This document shows, in pieces, positions 19,000 through 27,709 of a DNA stretch of 41,712 bases; position 1 is the stretch's first letter; each line of letters opens with the position of its first letter. The position numbers and the translations under genes are program-made. The notes under the pieces are model-generated. The model made no database searches, was not told the DNA's origin, and saw only the letters and a list, made by a program, of their open reading frames with translations. The stretch comes from a virus (Duplodnaviria; Caudoviricetes), in IMG/VR virus record IMGVR_UViG_3300042861_001875, positions 1 to 41,712 of that record; one strand, given 5' to 3'.

Positions 19000-20282
19000 G
19001 GCTGCGATCTCCAATCTTGGACCGATCGCACCGCTTGGGCATAAATCGATTCCCAGGACGTTCTGGGGATCGTGAATCCGTGGGCGAGGGCGATCAACCG
19101 GGGGTGGACGGGTATCCCGCTATTCTGAGCGTATCCGATCGCCTTTGTCAAATCGTCGGGGATCACTCCGACTTCACGGGCTGCGGTTTCGATCGTCAAC
19201 GGCGAGTCGTAAAGCTTGACCGTCGAAACAAAATCGGCGACGGCTTCGCGGGGTGGCTTGCCCGTCACCGCTTCAACAATCGCCGCGAATTCCTTTCGGT
19301 TTTCGCGTAGTTCGTTTTCTAAGTCAGACAGGTGAAACGACTCGATTTTCCGCTGCGTGGTCTTGTCGCTGGCGTATAGCTCGGCCCCGGCCCCGATCAG
19401 TTCTCGGACCTCATTTGATTTCACGTCGATCAATCCCTCGGCGTGACAAGCGATACACGAAACACCGTTGCGAATTTCGTTTGCGTTGTGCCGAACTCGG
19501 GTGTAATCGCTGGCGACATCCGGCGGCGCCGCTTCCTGTCTTTGGCCGGCGGCGTTCGATAGCAAGTAAACCTGCAGAGCCCCGCGGGTGCCGGTCGCCG
19601 TGTGAATCTTCGGGATTCCGACAATCCATTCTTCGGCCTCATGCTGGAAGCTGCCATCGGGGCGAAGCGTCGGGTCGGTTCGATCGTTAATTGTCGACGA
19701 ATCCCGCGTTCCGTAGGCGTAACCCTGGCGCATCCCGAAAGATTCGATCCACCGTTTCTTGGACAGGATCACCCCGGAATTCCCTTCAATCAGGCCGAAC
19801 GATTGACCGGCCGATCGGGACACCCCGACCCGCGAAAGGAAATCATCCCTGGTAGCCGGCGGGGCGCCGAATAGCAAATCGTAATAGCTGGTCGACTCCT
19901 TCGCGTCGGTCGCGAACGTAATGAACCAATCGGCTCGGATCACCAGAGACGGGCGGCCTTTCGCAAAAACCGCGTAGGGGTTTCGGGCTGCGACGGTCGG
20001 GAATCGAGACTCCCAGCCAAATGCCGCGGTATCGATCCAGTAGAGTCCTTCGCCGGCCGGGTTTGGTCGCTGGTAGTCAACGATCGGCTCAAGTGATAAC
20101 GAAGGCAGGATCAGACGAAGGGCTGCCAGGGTGGGTTCGTGTCGATCCGGCGGCAAATGGTTGACCGAAAAATAATAAGTCGTCGCCGGGTCCAGCCCGC
20201 TAGAATCGCGGTGAGCGGTCGCCGCGGCCCCGTCGAGGACTGGGAGCACGCCGGCGAGTAAAAAATAAATTGCGGTCAGCAT
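18996..20282 (-). CDS. Exported heme c-binding (CxxCH) protein
   Basis: Signal-like N-terminus MLTAIYFLLAGVLPVL from ATG 20282. FQHEAEEWIVG...LQVYLLSNAAGQRQEAAPPDVASD...IRNGVSCIACHAEG resembles planctomycete cytochrome-domain proteins. Confidence 0.7.
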   Translation of the reverse strand: MLTAIYFLLAGVLPVLDGAAATAHRDSSGLDPATTYYFSVNHLPPDRHEPTLAALRLILPSLSLEPIVDYQRPNPAGEGLYWIDTAAFGWESRFPTVAARNPYAVFAKGRPSLVIRADWFITFATDAKESTSYYDLLFGAPPATRDDFLSRVGVSRSAGQSFGLIEGNSGVILSKKRWIESFGMRQGYAYGTRDSSTINDRTDPTLRPDGSFQHEAEEWIVGIPKIHTATGTRGALQVYLLSNAAGQRQEAAPPDVASDYTRVRHNANEIRNGVSCIACHAEGLIDVKSNEVRELIGAGAELYASDKTTQRKIESFHLSDLENELRENRKEFAAIVEAVTGKPPREAVADFVSTVKLYDSPLTIETAAREVGVIPDDLTKAIGYAQNSGIPVHPRLIALAHGFTIPRTSWESIYAQAVRSVQDWRSQP

Positions 20283-20328
20283 CGGGGATCCGTGGGCTAG
20301 TCGGACGCCGAAATCGGCTCCCCTGACG

Positions 20329-20571
20329 TTATCCGCCGACCGGCTCCCCGTCAAGCTTCCGGCGGGTCCGCTCGATTCGAGCCATCACCAACCATTGCCT
20401 GAACGGCGTCCACTCCCTGACTGCAGCATCGATCGACTCAGACTGATTCGGAGTCGACCGAAGAAACTCGGCCACGTCGCGGGTCAGGACCGCGGAAGTT
20501 TCAATTTTGCGTCCAGAACTATGTTTGGGCTTGCGCCCGGAATTCGGCCGCTTTCCGCCGCGGTTTGTCAC
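20329..20571 (-). CDS. Small DNA-binding protein (RGGxRxxxGRK, ribbon-helix-helix-like)
   Basis: GTG overlaps the upstream TGA; NRGGKRPNSGRKP...LTRDVAEFLRSTPNQSESIDAAVR. Confidence 0.6.
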   Translation of the reverse strand: MTNRGGKRPNSGRKPKHSSGRKIETSAVLTRDVAEFLRSTPNQSESIDAAVREWTPFRQWLVMARIERTRRKLDGEPVGG

Positions 20572-21200
20572 GATTTTTTCTCCGTTTTTCGAAACTCGAT
20601 CACCCAGACCCAAGGATTCGCGGCCCACGATTCAGGGCCGTTAATCGATTCCCAGAGTTCGTGAAACCAGTCGCAAGGGTTTTGCCCGTAAGCGAGGTTT
20701 GAGTGCGGGCACCCCTCGGCCATTGCGTCGCCGCGGCTGATTTCGTTCAAACGCTCGACGCGGACGGCGGTGATCTCCAGCGTGATCCGGCTTGCCCATC
20801 GCGGCATGTGGATCGATGGCTTCCACTTTACATCCGGGAATAAATGCGAATCTGTTGAACGAAAATGCGTCACGGCTGGCCTTCCAAATTCATCCCTTGG
20901 CCCATTTCCAAGAGGCGCAAGACGAAAAGCTTCTCGCACCCAAAGCCGATCGCCGGGTTTGCCGTATGGTGCTCGCCAATACGTTCCGCGCTCGTCCTGG
21001 AAGCCCCACCCTACTATCTGGTTGTCGTGGTTTTCGAGTTCGTATGGTGCGCGATTGCTTAACTGCCCACCGTGCAGTTCGTCGATCCACTCAGGCGGCT
21101 GCGGCTTAACTACCCGCCGCGTCTGCGTCTTTCGTCCGTCGAGGATCGCCCGGACCATTGGCCCGAAAAACAAAATCGGACGTTCTTTCGGTTTGTTCAT
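20568..21200 (-). CDS. Conserved phage ASCH/PUA-like protein
   Basis: ERPILFFGPMVRAILDGRKTQTRR, GDRLWVRE, WKPSIHMPRWASRITLEIT, NPWVWVIEF. Confidence 0.8.
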   Translation of the reverse strand: MNKPKERPILFFGPMVRAILDGRKTQTRRVVKPQPPEWIDELHGGQLSNRAPYELENHDNQIVGWGFQDERGTYWRAPYGKPGDRLWVREAFRLAPLGNGPRDEFGRPAVTHFRSTDSHLFPDVKWKPSIHMPRWASRITLEITAVRVERLNEISRGDAMAEGCPHSNLAYGQNPCDWFHELWESINGPESWAANPWVWVIEFRKTEKKS

Positions 21201-21478
21201 GCTGTCACCTGTGCAACGTAGCAGCGCCGGCCGTCAACCAAGATATGTCCTTCGGAGCCAGCGTTTGCCGACTCGGCGGCTTCGTCATCCGTCGCCGGAC
21301 GGATCACCAAGGCCGTTTCCGAATCATAGAGAGCAAGCCCGGCCGTAGCATTCAAGAGACGGGCCACCGACCCGCGGGCCGACCTGATCGAAGTCTCGCA
21401 CGAATCCCACCCGGCCGCGGCCAGTTCGTCAGTTAGCTGGTCGATCGTCGCGGTCGAAATTTCGCTAAAAATAAACAT
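21197..21478 (-). CDS. Small early hypothetical protein
   Basis: AGGAA RBS; second gene of cassette A. Confidence 0.65.
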   Translation of the reverse strand: MFIFSEISTATIDQLTDELAAAGWDSCETSIRSARGSVARLLNATAGLALYDSETALVIRPATDDEAAESANAGSEGHILVDGRRCYVAQVTA

Positions 21479-21508
21479 CGTTTGGTTCCTGTTGTTGGTG
21501 AAGTGTGT

Positions 21509-21529
21509 AAGCCGGAGCCCATCCCGGCG
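21509..21529 (-). repeat. Conserved intergenic hairpin, copy A
   Basis: CGCCGGGATGGGCTCCGGCTT; 20/21 identical to 22407-22427. Confidence 0.8.
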
Positions 21530-21546
21530 TGAGGCGAATCGAAAGT

Positions 21547-21771
21547 CTAGGCAAAAAACTTGCTCGGCTTATCCATGTCTGTCGCTGCGTCCGAACTCAT
21601 CCACCTATCGAACGCTTCCGCGTCGCGAGACTCAAGCTCACCCATAATCGCGCCGCGTACCGTCGGGATTGCCGCGTCTTTGTTGCCGTTTGTCAGTTCA
21701 AAGGCCTCGCAGAGCATTGCGGTTGTCATCGAGCCGACAAGGCTGTTCATTTTGAGTTGTGCGGTTGTCAT
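21547..21771 (-). CDS. Small early hypothetical protein
   Basis: First gene after promoter A; 74 aa. Confidence 0.7.
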   Translation of the reverse strand: MTTAQLKMNSLVGSMTTAMLCEAFELTNGNKDAAIPTVRGAIMGELESRDAEAFDRWMSSDAATDMDKPSKFFA

Positions 21772-21827
21772 TTTCGCTTCTCGCTTGCTTGTGTGAGGTT
21801 CTGTCGTTGTCGCGTTTGCGATGCCTG

Positions 21828-21869
21828 ATCTTAATCGGCTGCCGTTTGATTGTCAAATAGCATTTCAAA
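21828..21869 (-). promoter_or_regulatory. Sigma70-type early promoter A
   Basis: TTGACA (21856-21851), 17-bp spacer, TAAGAT (21833-21828); near-identical to promoter B. Confidence 0.8.
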
Positions 21870-21903
21870 GAAAAATCCCCCGGATTTTTAGGCCGGGGGA
21901 TTT
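21867..21903 (-). terminator. Intrinsic terminator ending cassette B
   Basis: AAATCCCCCGG/CCGGGGGATTT 11-bp stem with a U-tract on the - strand. Confidence 0.7.
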
Positions 21904-21923
21904 GGTGTCGATTAGTTCACTAA

Positions 21924-22373
21924 TTACCGTCGCTTCGCACACGTCGGGCCGATCCCGCTCTTGATCGACTCGGGAGTCGTCAGCACCCGGTTGCATCGGC
22001 GGCATCGGCCTTCGTAGTGGTAAACCAGCCCGATCGACTTGAAGTGTTCAACCTTCTGCAGAACGCGAACCAGGGCGTGGTACTGCTCGGTCTGGTATCG
22101 ACGCCAGAGGATCACCCGGCCGTCATCCTTGACGAATCCGATCCCAAGGTAGTCAGATCCGTTGTCCGCACCGATCAGGAGCGACAGGATCCGCTCGCCT
22201 GGGGCGAATCTTGCGTCCGCCGGCTGCGTTTCAATCCGGAACGTCCGGTGAGTCCCGCGGGCGGGGTTTTCGACAGTGATGATCCCGTTGTGGGTCTCGA
22301 TCGCGAAGTGACTGACGACTTCGGCGAATTCGGCGGTTTCGGCGGTTTCGATTTCTGCGATCATGCTTTTCAC
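21924..22373 (-). CDS. DUF6011-like zinc-finger protein
   Basis: C-terminal GRCRRCNRVLTTPESIKSGIGPTCA. Confidence 0.75.
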   Translation of the reverse strand: MKSMIAEIETAETAEFAEVVSHFAIETHNGIITVENPARGTHRTFRIETQPADARFAPGERILSLLIGADNGSDYLGIGFVKDDGRVILWRRYQTEQYHALVRVLQKVEHFKSIGLVYHYEGRCRRCNRVLTTPESIKSGIGPTCAKRR

Positions 22374-22406
22374 GTTTGGGTTTTAGAGGGGAGAGAGGAA
22401 GGGGAA

Positions 22407-22427
22407 AAGCCGGAGCCTATCCCGGCG
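22407..22427 (-). repeat. Conserved intergenic hairpin, copy B
   Basis: CGCCGGGATAGGCTCCGGCTT. Confidence 0.8.
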
Positions 22428-22442
22428 GGGGCGGGGGGGTGT

Positions 22443-22643
22443 CTATCGAATTACCTGCGGCTTTTTTTCTCCATAGCTCGCTGCCGCCTCTTTTGCGGCC
22501 CGCAAAGTGCGAAAACATTCGACTAGGCGTCCGTTAAGGCTCACCCACCAGTCATAGCATGGCGTCTGCGTGTCAAAGTTTCCGCTGCGCGGGTAATGTT
22601 GATTTAACGAAATCTTGCGTTCAATCTTGACCGTCATTGTCAT
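22443..22643 (-). CDS. Small early hypothetical protein
   Basis: First gene after promoter B; 66 aa. Confidence 0.65.
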   Translation of the reverse strand: MTMTVKIERKISLNQHYPRSGNFDTQTPCYDWWVSLNGRLVECFRTLRAAKEAAASYGEKKPQVIR

Positions 22644-22684
22644 TTTTGCGTTCCGTTGTTTGGGGTTAACTGTCTGACTCCCTA

Positions 22685-22726
22685 ACTATAATCGACCGCC
22701 CTTTGATTGTCAAATAGCAAATCAAA
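22685..22726 (-). promoter_or_regulatory. Sigma70-type early promoter B
   Basis: TTGACA (22713-22708), 17-bp spacer, TATAGT (22690-22685); TTTGAT...ATCAAA inverted repeat brackets the -35. Confidence 0.82.
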
Positions 22727-22757
22727 CATTTTTCCCGAAATACCTCCCGGCCCGCCT

Positions 22758-23255
22758 TTATTCAGCAAATCGGCCCGAAAGCCTTTGTTCTTCCGCTTTT
22801 CTTTCGGCTTTCACCCGCTCATATTCCGCTTTTACCGATCCCCCCGTCGCCTTCACACCACACACCGCACACCGCGTATCCGTCGTCCCGTTTGAGTAAT
22901 GCTGTTCAGCCAGCATCGACGACCAGCACCTAACGCAAACCGGCTCGAAACACTGGAGCCAGTTCCGGCCAGTCTCCCAGATGATCGCGGGGACGCTGCC
23001 AGGGGTGGTTTCTCTGCTCGTTGTTGGCTCGGGCGTCGGATCGGACGGGATTTCAGCCAGGATAGGTTCCTCGGTCGCGTCCTGGGGCCGTTTTTCGCGG
23101 CCTAGCGTGATCGGCAGGGCGTCCGGTCCGCGGTCGATCGCTGCCAGGGTGAGTTCGTCGTCCGGGGTCAGGATCGGCGACGATCCGGCCTGGGTCGGTT
23201 TCGCGTCCGGTTTCGCGGCTGGTTCGAACCGCTTGAAGTTTGGGAAAAGACTCAT
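22758..23255 (-). CDS. Hypothetical protein with CxxC...CxxC zinc ribbon
   Basis: CVRC...CAVC; AAGG upstream of ATG; adjacent to the putative origin. Confidence 0.6.
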   Translation of the reverse strand: MSLFPNFKRFEPAAKPDAKPTQAGSSPILTPDDELTLAAIDRGPDALPITLGREKRPQDATEEPILAEIPSDPTPEPTTSRETTPGSVPAIIWETGRNWLQCFEPVCVRCWSSMLAEQHYSNGTTDTRCAVCGVKATGGSVKAEYERVKAERKAEEQRLSGRFAE

Positions 23256-23302
23256 CGAAAACCTTTAAGGGAAAACTGCTAAGGGAAAAGTGCAAAAATC
23301 TC

Positions 23303-23750
23303 GTGCTCGTGTGCGCGTTTTTGCGCAGGAAGCTCAGCTACTAGCTATTTTAGGCCAAAACACCAAAAACGGCCAAAAGGCTCCCTGACACTCTTTCCTC
23401 AGCAATATCGAGCACACGAGCACAGAATTTCTTAGAATAATCAATTGAAAATCAAAAAGTATCATATTTACGGGCATTTTAGCGTTTTTTCGTCCGGTAG
23501 TCAATCAAAAACTTTTGTGCTCGTTTTTTTTGCATCGAGCACGTGCGAGCACAATCGAGCACAAAATTCCTTCGCCCGGCCGCCAGGATCGGGTTTTTTC
23601 TTCATCTGAAAAACTATTGCCGTTTCAAGCGTCCAAAAACTCAACTTTTTCGCTTCGGTCGTAAATAAAATCGACTCAGACCGCCTGGCCGGTCAAAATC
23701 TGTGCTCGTTCTGTGCTCGTTTGTGCTCGATCGACCAATTTTGCGAGCAC
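23303..23750. repeat. Iteron cluster, putative replication origin
   Basis: 11 copies of CGAGCAC/GTGCTCG (23303, 23409, 23417, 23517, 23536, 23546, 23556, 23702, 23713, 23723, 23744) in AT-rich non-coding DNA downstream of the primase-helicase operon. Confidence 0.75.
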
Positions 23751-23810
23751 ACGAATAGCGGCGGAAATCTTCACTTTATTTGTTTTTCTGTTACCGCTTG
23801 AACACTAAAC

Positions 23811-23846
23811 AAAAACCCGGCGGACAAATCAATTTTGTCCGCCGGG
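23811..23846 (-). terminator. Intrinsic terminator ending the primase operon
   Basis: 13-bp perfect stem CCCGGCGGACAAA/TTTGTCCGCCGGG followed by TTTTT on the - strand. Confidence 0.8.
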
Positions 23847-23876
23847 CTCGGTTTTGTCCGTCGTGTTTGCCTTCAA

Positions 23877-24158
23877 TCAGGAATAGCTTGCCCGGTGAAT
23901 GACCGGCCACGAAAAGAAAGCTGTGTCTATGCCGTGCTCATCGAATTCGATCCGAAGTTCGTCCGGCCCGTAAAAATCACGAAGCCTTTCCGGATCGAAT
24001 CGAAGCATGTCCGCGGCGATCATATATCCCTGTTCGTGCTCGAATATCCTCCGCCTCTCAAACTCGAACCAGTGATCAAACTCGTCGAGGATCCGGAACG
24101 GGTTCTTGCCGATATAGCGATTCCAGCGACGTTCACGAAATTTTTGAAATCGGCTCAT
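23877..24158 (-). CDS. Hypothetical protein
   Basis: ATGA-coupled to the upstream gene. Confidence 0.55.
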   Translation of the reverse strand: MSRFQKFRERRWNRYIGKNPFRILDEFDHWFEFERRRIFEHEQGYMIAADMLRFDPERLRDFYGPDELRIEFDEHGIDTAFFSWPVIHRASYS

Positions 24159-24394
24159 TCCTGGGTAACCTCCTGCGGTTCCTCGATGAACTCAGTCCCG
24201 TACTCAGAACCGAACGCATGGGGCCAGTGATCCCACTTGACCCAATGACCCTCCGGGCAATTGTGGCCGGTAACGACCCCGCCGTCGTCTTTTTCGGCGT
24301 AAATGCAAGGCGGGCAATCGCCGGAAGCTGATCCGTATATACTTTTCACAAAGCGGATCCGCGTGCCGACTGGTAGTTGCTTTGTGTCGCTCAT
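24155..24394 (-). CDS. Hypothetical protein (SH3-like)
   Basis: ATG 24394 overlaps the upstream TGA; LPVGTRIRF...GVVTG...WVKWD. Confidence 0.6.
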   Translation of the reverse strand: MSDTKQLPVGTRIRFVKSIYGSASGDCPPCIYAEKDDGGVVTGHNCPEGHWVKWDHWPHAFGSEYGTEFIEEPQEVTQE

Positions 24395-24831
24395 CCCGCC
24401 CCCCCCAGCCATTTTGCATTGACCATATCTTCCAGCCGCTTGGCCTTCGCTATCTCTTCCGGCGTTAGCAGTCCAGCCGCTTTGATTTCCTCTTTGGTTG
24501 CCGGTCGGCATTGTCTCCAGCTTGCCGCGCCCCTTCCGTCGACCTTTGAAGTAATAAAATAATCGCCTTCGATTGCCACAAGTTTCTGGGGTCCGTGCTC
24601 AGCGTATTCATCGCTATCACGAACCATAACCAACCGACGATTTTTCACGTCATCCTCGGTCAATTTCGGCTCGACATATGGGAAACCATCTGTCGTGTTG
24701 TTTTCAATAATGCGATTCAAAACCGAAATCACGCAATCAACATCAACACCGCCGTTTTTCAGACTCAAAAGTCCTCCACAAATAGACCTTGCGTAGCTTA
24801 TTTCGTCTTGCGTCAATCTTCTCTGTCCCAT
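24391..24831 (-). CDS. Hypothetical protein
   Basis: VMVRDSDE...WRQCRP motif; in the operon. Confidence 0.6.
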   Translation of the reverse strand: MGQRRLTQDEISYARSICGGLLSLKNGGVDVDCVISVLNRIIENNTTDGFPYVEPKLTEDDVKNRRLVMVRDSDEYAEHGPQKLVAIEGDYFITSKVDGRGAASWRQCRPATKEEIKAAGLLTPEEIAKAKRLEDMVNAKWLGGAG

Positions 24832-24835
24832 CGTC

Positions 24836-25390
24836 TCACCCCTCTACTAATTGAAAAGAATCCCCACCGTCCAAAAGCTCGATCATGTACGGTTCGGCCA
24901 TCCCGGCCCTAACCATTGCGTCATTGATCGAATTTCCATGCGGGTCGAACAGGAAAGCGATATACCGGCCGAATGTACGCTTCTGCTTCCGCAGGATCGG
25001 TTCCGGCGTCTTGTTCTGGATTGTTCGAATCCAAATATATGTCCAAAAGCCAATCAGAAAATCAAGCTCGTCTTGAGCGGTCTTGCCGGCAAGTATCGTT
25101 TCCCCTTTCATTTCCGGGGCGTTGATGCTTGCCAGCCTTACCGAAGCCCGGACCAGCGAGTCCATTGTTAGCTCGATCGCTCCTTGAATCGTGTCGCCGT
25201 CAACTGCCGAAACTGACCCCTTGGGCTGCAAGTACCAAAACCGATCAGGCCGAAAGATAGGCAGTTCCCTAGACGGAACCACCCCTGGCGGCATGTCCGA
25301 CTGCCTAGCGTACTGTTGGGCGTGCAGCATCGCCGACGCCGATCCGACCTGAAACTCTTCCCCGCCGGAAATTACCCTAATTTCTCGCAT
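24836..25390 (-). CDS. Thermonuclease (staphylococcal nuclease-like)
   Basis: VDGDTI, VRLASINAPEMKG, FGRYIA, SINDAMVRAGMA; GGAGG RBS. Confidence 0.85.
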   Translation of the reverse strand: MREIRVISGGEEFQVGSASAMLHAQQYARQSDMPPGVVPSRELPIFRPDRFWYLQPKGSVSAVDGDTIQGAIELTMDSLVRASVRLASINAPEMKGETILAGKTAQDELDFLIGFWTYIWIRTIQNKTPEPILRKQKRTFGRYIAFLFDPHGNSINDAMVRAGMAEPYMIELLDGGDSFQLVEG

Positions 25391-25680
25391 TTCTGCCTCC
25401 TTAGAACGTCCTCAATCTTGCTCGACACCGTATTAAGCTTTTTTACGAATTCAAGAAAATCAGCCCGATCCCCCTCATTAACGACTTTGCGACCCGCTGT
25501 CGCGATTACGTCGAGTTCGTAAACCGCGGCACTCAAATCGGCTTGATCCCGTTCGGTAAACAATCCCGTAACGTTTATATTTTCAACGGATGACACGAAC
25601 GCCACCCATGAATTGTCCGCCGACATCACCGACGAAAAATACGGGTATTTCCGCGGCATTTCCGACACTAATTCTGCCAT
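25372..25680 (-). CDS. Hypothetical protein
   Basis: Follows the primase stop; GAGG RBS. Confidence 0.6.
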   Translation of the reverse strand: MAELVSEMPRKYPYFSSVMSADNSWVAFVSSVENINVTGLFTERDQADLSAAVYELDVIATAGRKVVNEGDRADFLEFVKKLNTVSSKIEDVLRRQKCEKLG

Positions 25681-25681
25681 T

Positions 25682-27709
25682 TCAAAACCTCTTCATCTCT
25701 TTTTCTATCACTGGTTTCAAGCTTAACCCGATCCACTCACGCCAAAAGTAATCGCCATCCCGGCCTCTAGCGACTTCAATCTTCGGGACAATCGACCGAA
25801 CCCGTTTTGCGAATGCCTGCCGTGTCGATCGGTCGACTAGATCATTCGATCGGCACCAGTTTTGATAAGCTTCAAAACAGTCCGCCGCATTGACTTTGCC
25901 GCCTTCCTGGCAACATTCCCAAACAAAAGCCGATACCGGGGAAGTCTCAATTCGCATCCAGTTAACCGAATCGGTCCCCGATTTCGGCTGCTTGATCTTC
26001 CCATTCTTTTCGGAGTAGAGCCGATGGCGCCCCAAAATCGCCCAGTTAAGTATCCCCGACAATTCCGACTGAATCCGCATTTCGACCCGCGGATCTTCTT
26101 TCCCTGCGTGAGTCTTATTCATGACCAAGATGATAATTCGGTTCAAGATCGCGTCGGATGAATCCTTGAACAGCGGGATTTCGTTACTGAACAACATAAA
26201 CCGAATCGGCAGATTTACCCCCGATAGACTCGGCTTGTACTTCCTTTCAATCTCCTGGGGATCTTCCCCGACGATCGACAAGACACGTTCGGTCAGGACC
26301 GTGTAATCGATCCGGTCGCCGATTCGAGCATCGGGGATAACTGCCAGCGATTTCCCAATCAGCGACGCAAGGCCGAATTGACCCGATAGCGTGGTCGGGG
26401 TCGGGCTAGCGACGGACGAATGACCGATCATCGCTTTGACAAGCCGCATGATCGTACCCTTGCCTGACCGGGATTTTCCGATCACACACAAGAACCGTTG
26501 CATACTTGTATCTTGGGTTAGCAAGTAGCCAAACCACTCCTGGAGGGCGTCTATTGCTTCCTGGTCGCCCTCGAATTGCTCCCAGAGCCATTCTTGCCAA
26601 TAAAGACATTGGGCTTCGGGGTCGAAGTCGTAATCCAGCTTCAGGGCCGAAAACCATTCGTGATTGTGCGGCCGAAGCGATCCGGCTAGATCGCCCGACA
26701 GTACCGCGTCGAGGTCGAGCAGTCCGTTTCGCATCGACACCCAATTCCGCCGCCGCCTGTCCGATAGGTGCGACGGCATTTCGACCGATCCGGACAATGC
26801 GACAAGCGATTTCATCGCGGTCACGACATCGCGGATCAGCCGGGTCGATACGTTTCGAACCTTCTTGGGCTTTTGCGGCTCCCCGGTTTCAAGTTCCTTC
26901 CTGGCCCGTTCTTCCTCCTGGATTCGCCACAATCGCTCGAATTCGGCCCGAATCACCTTGAATAGCTTGGCCTGTAGGTCGCTGTCGCTGATCGGCGACC
27001 ATAGGCCAGACTTCCACTTCCAAAATTCGTCCCGCCAAAAAACCAACTTTCCGCCGGCAAACTCCGAGTAAAATTGCAAATTTAGCCGGGCAAGCCGGGT
27101 GTGGTCGTCGTCCGATTCGTCGATATCTACGCTGCCAGGGGTGAATTCTCTCGGCCCCTCTGGTATCGCTGCGATCGCGGTTTCGGCCGTCTGAATTCTG
27201 ACCGGACCGTCGATTTCCGCCGGTTGCTGAATCTGGCCCGATCGACCAATCGCAAGCAATCGAGCGTATATCTCCTGGTCGTCGAGTCCTTCGAGTCGCT
27301 GATCGGCGATCCAGTCCCGAACGTCTTTCCCGTCCGTCGGGGCGATTGGATAAGGGAGAATCGCATTCCGAACCGTCTTCGCAAATTTCGCGATCACCGG
27401 CCCCCATCCCGGCCGCTTCCCGCCGTTCGGCTTGCTCACCCAGGTCGCGCCGTCCTGTCCGGGCACGTCGCAATCGTGAATCACGATCACTTCGTCGGCA
27501 CCCGCAAATCGCGAGCAATATTCGACCGCTTCGGGCTTGGTCGCGTTTTCGGTCGATCCGTAAATGTTGGTCGTGACGATATGCCGCGGCCGCCGATCTT
27601 CGGGGAACGAGAAAATCAACGAACGGATCGCCGCGGCGTCTGGGAAACCCTCGCACTTCCAAATCAATTCCGCCGGCTCTGACGGATCAAAGATAAAGCC
27701 AAAGCTCAT
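25682..27709 (-). CDS. P4/D5-family primase-helicase, Toprim + SF3 helicase half (no zinc finger)
   Basis: Toprim KCEGFPD and IHDCD; MRNGLLDL; LQEWFGYLL; Walker A GKSRSGKG; VGEDPQEIERKYK; FSNEIP. ATG 27709 has GGAG RBS and ATGA coupling. Confidence 0.88.
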   Translation of the reverse strand: MSFGFIFDPSEPAELIWKCEGFPDAAAIRSLIFSFPEDRRPRHIVTTNIYGSTENATKPEAVEYCSRFAGADEVIVIHDCDVPGQDGATWVSKPNGGKRPGWGPVIAKFAKTVRNAILPYPIAPTDGKDVRDWIADQRLEGLDDQEIYARLLAIGRSGQIQQPAEIDGPVRIQTAETAIAAIPEGPREFTPGSVDIDESDDDHTRLARLNLQFYSEFAGGKLVFWRDEFWKWKSGLWSPISDSDLQAKLFKVIRAEFERLWRIQEEERARKELETGEPQKPKKVRNVSTRLIRDVVTAMKSLVALSGSVEMPSHLSDRRRRNWVSMRNGLLDLDAVLSGDLAGSLRPHNHEWFSALKLDYDFDPEAQCLYWQEWLWEQFEGDQEAIDALQEWFGYLLTQDTSMQRFLCVIGKSRSGKGTIMRLVKAMIGHSSVASPTPTTLSGQFGLASLIGKSLAVIPDARIGDRIDYTVLTERVLSIVGEDPQEIERKYKPSLSGVNLPIRFMLFSNEIPLFKDSSDAILNRIIILVMNKTHAGKEDPRVEMRIQSELSGILNWAILGRHRLYSEKNGKIKQPKSGTDSVNWMRIETSPVSAFVWECCQEGGKVNAADCFEAYQNWCRSNDLVDRSTRQAFAKRVRSIVPKIEVARGRDGDYFWREWIGLSLKPVIEKEMKRF

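Noticed and set aside
23303-23750. Possible CRISPR array
   Set aside because: Repeats are only 7 bp, in both orientations, with irregular spacing and no cas genes
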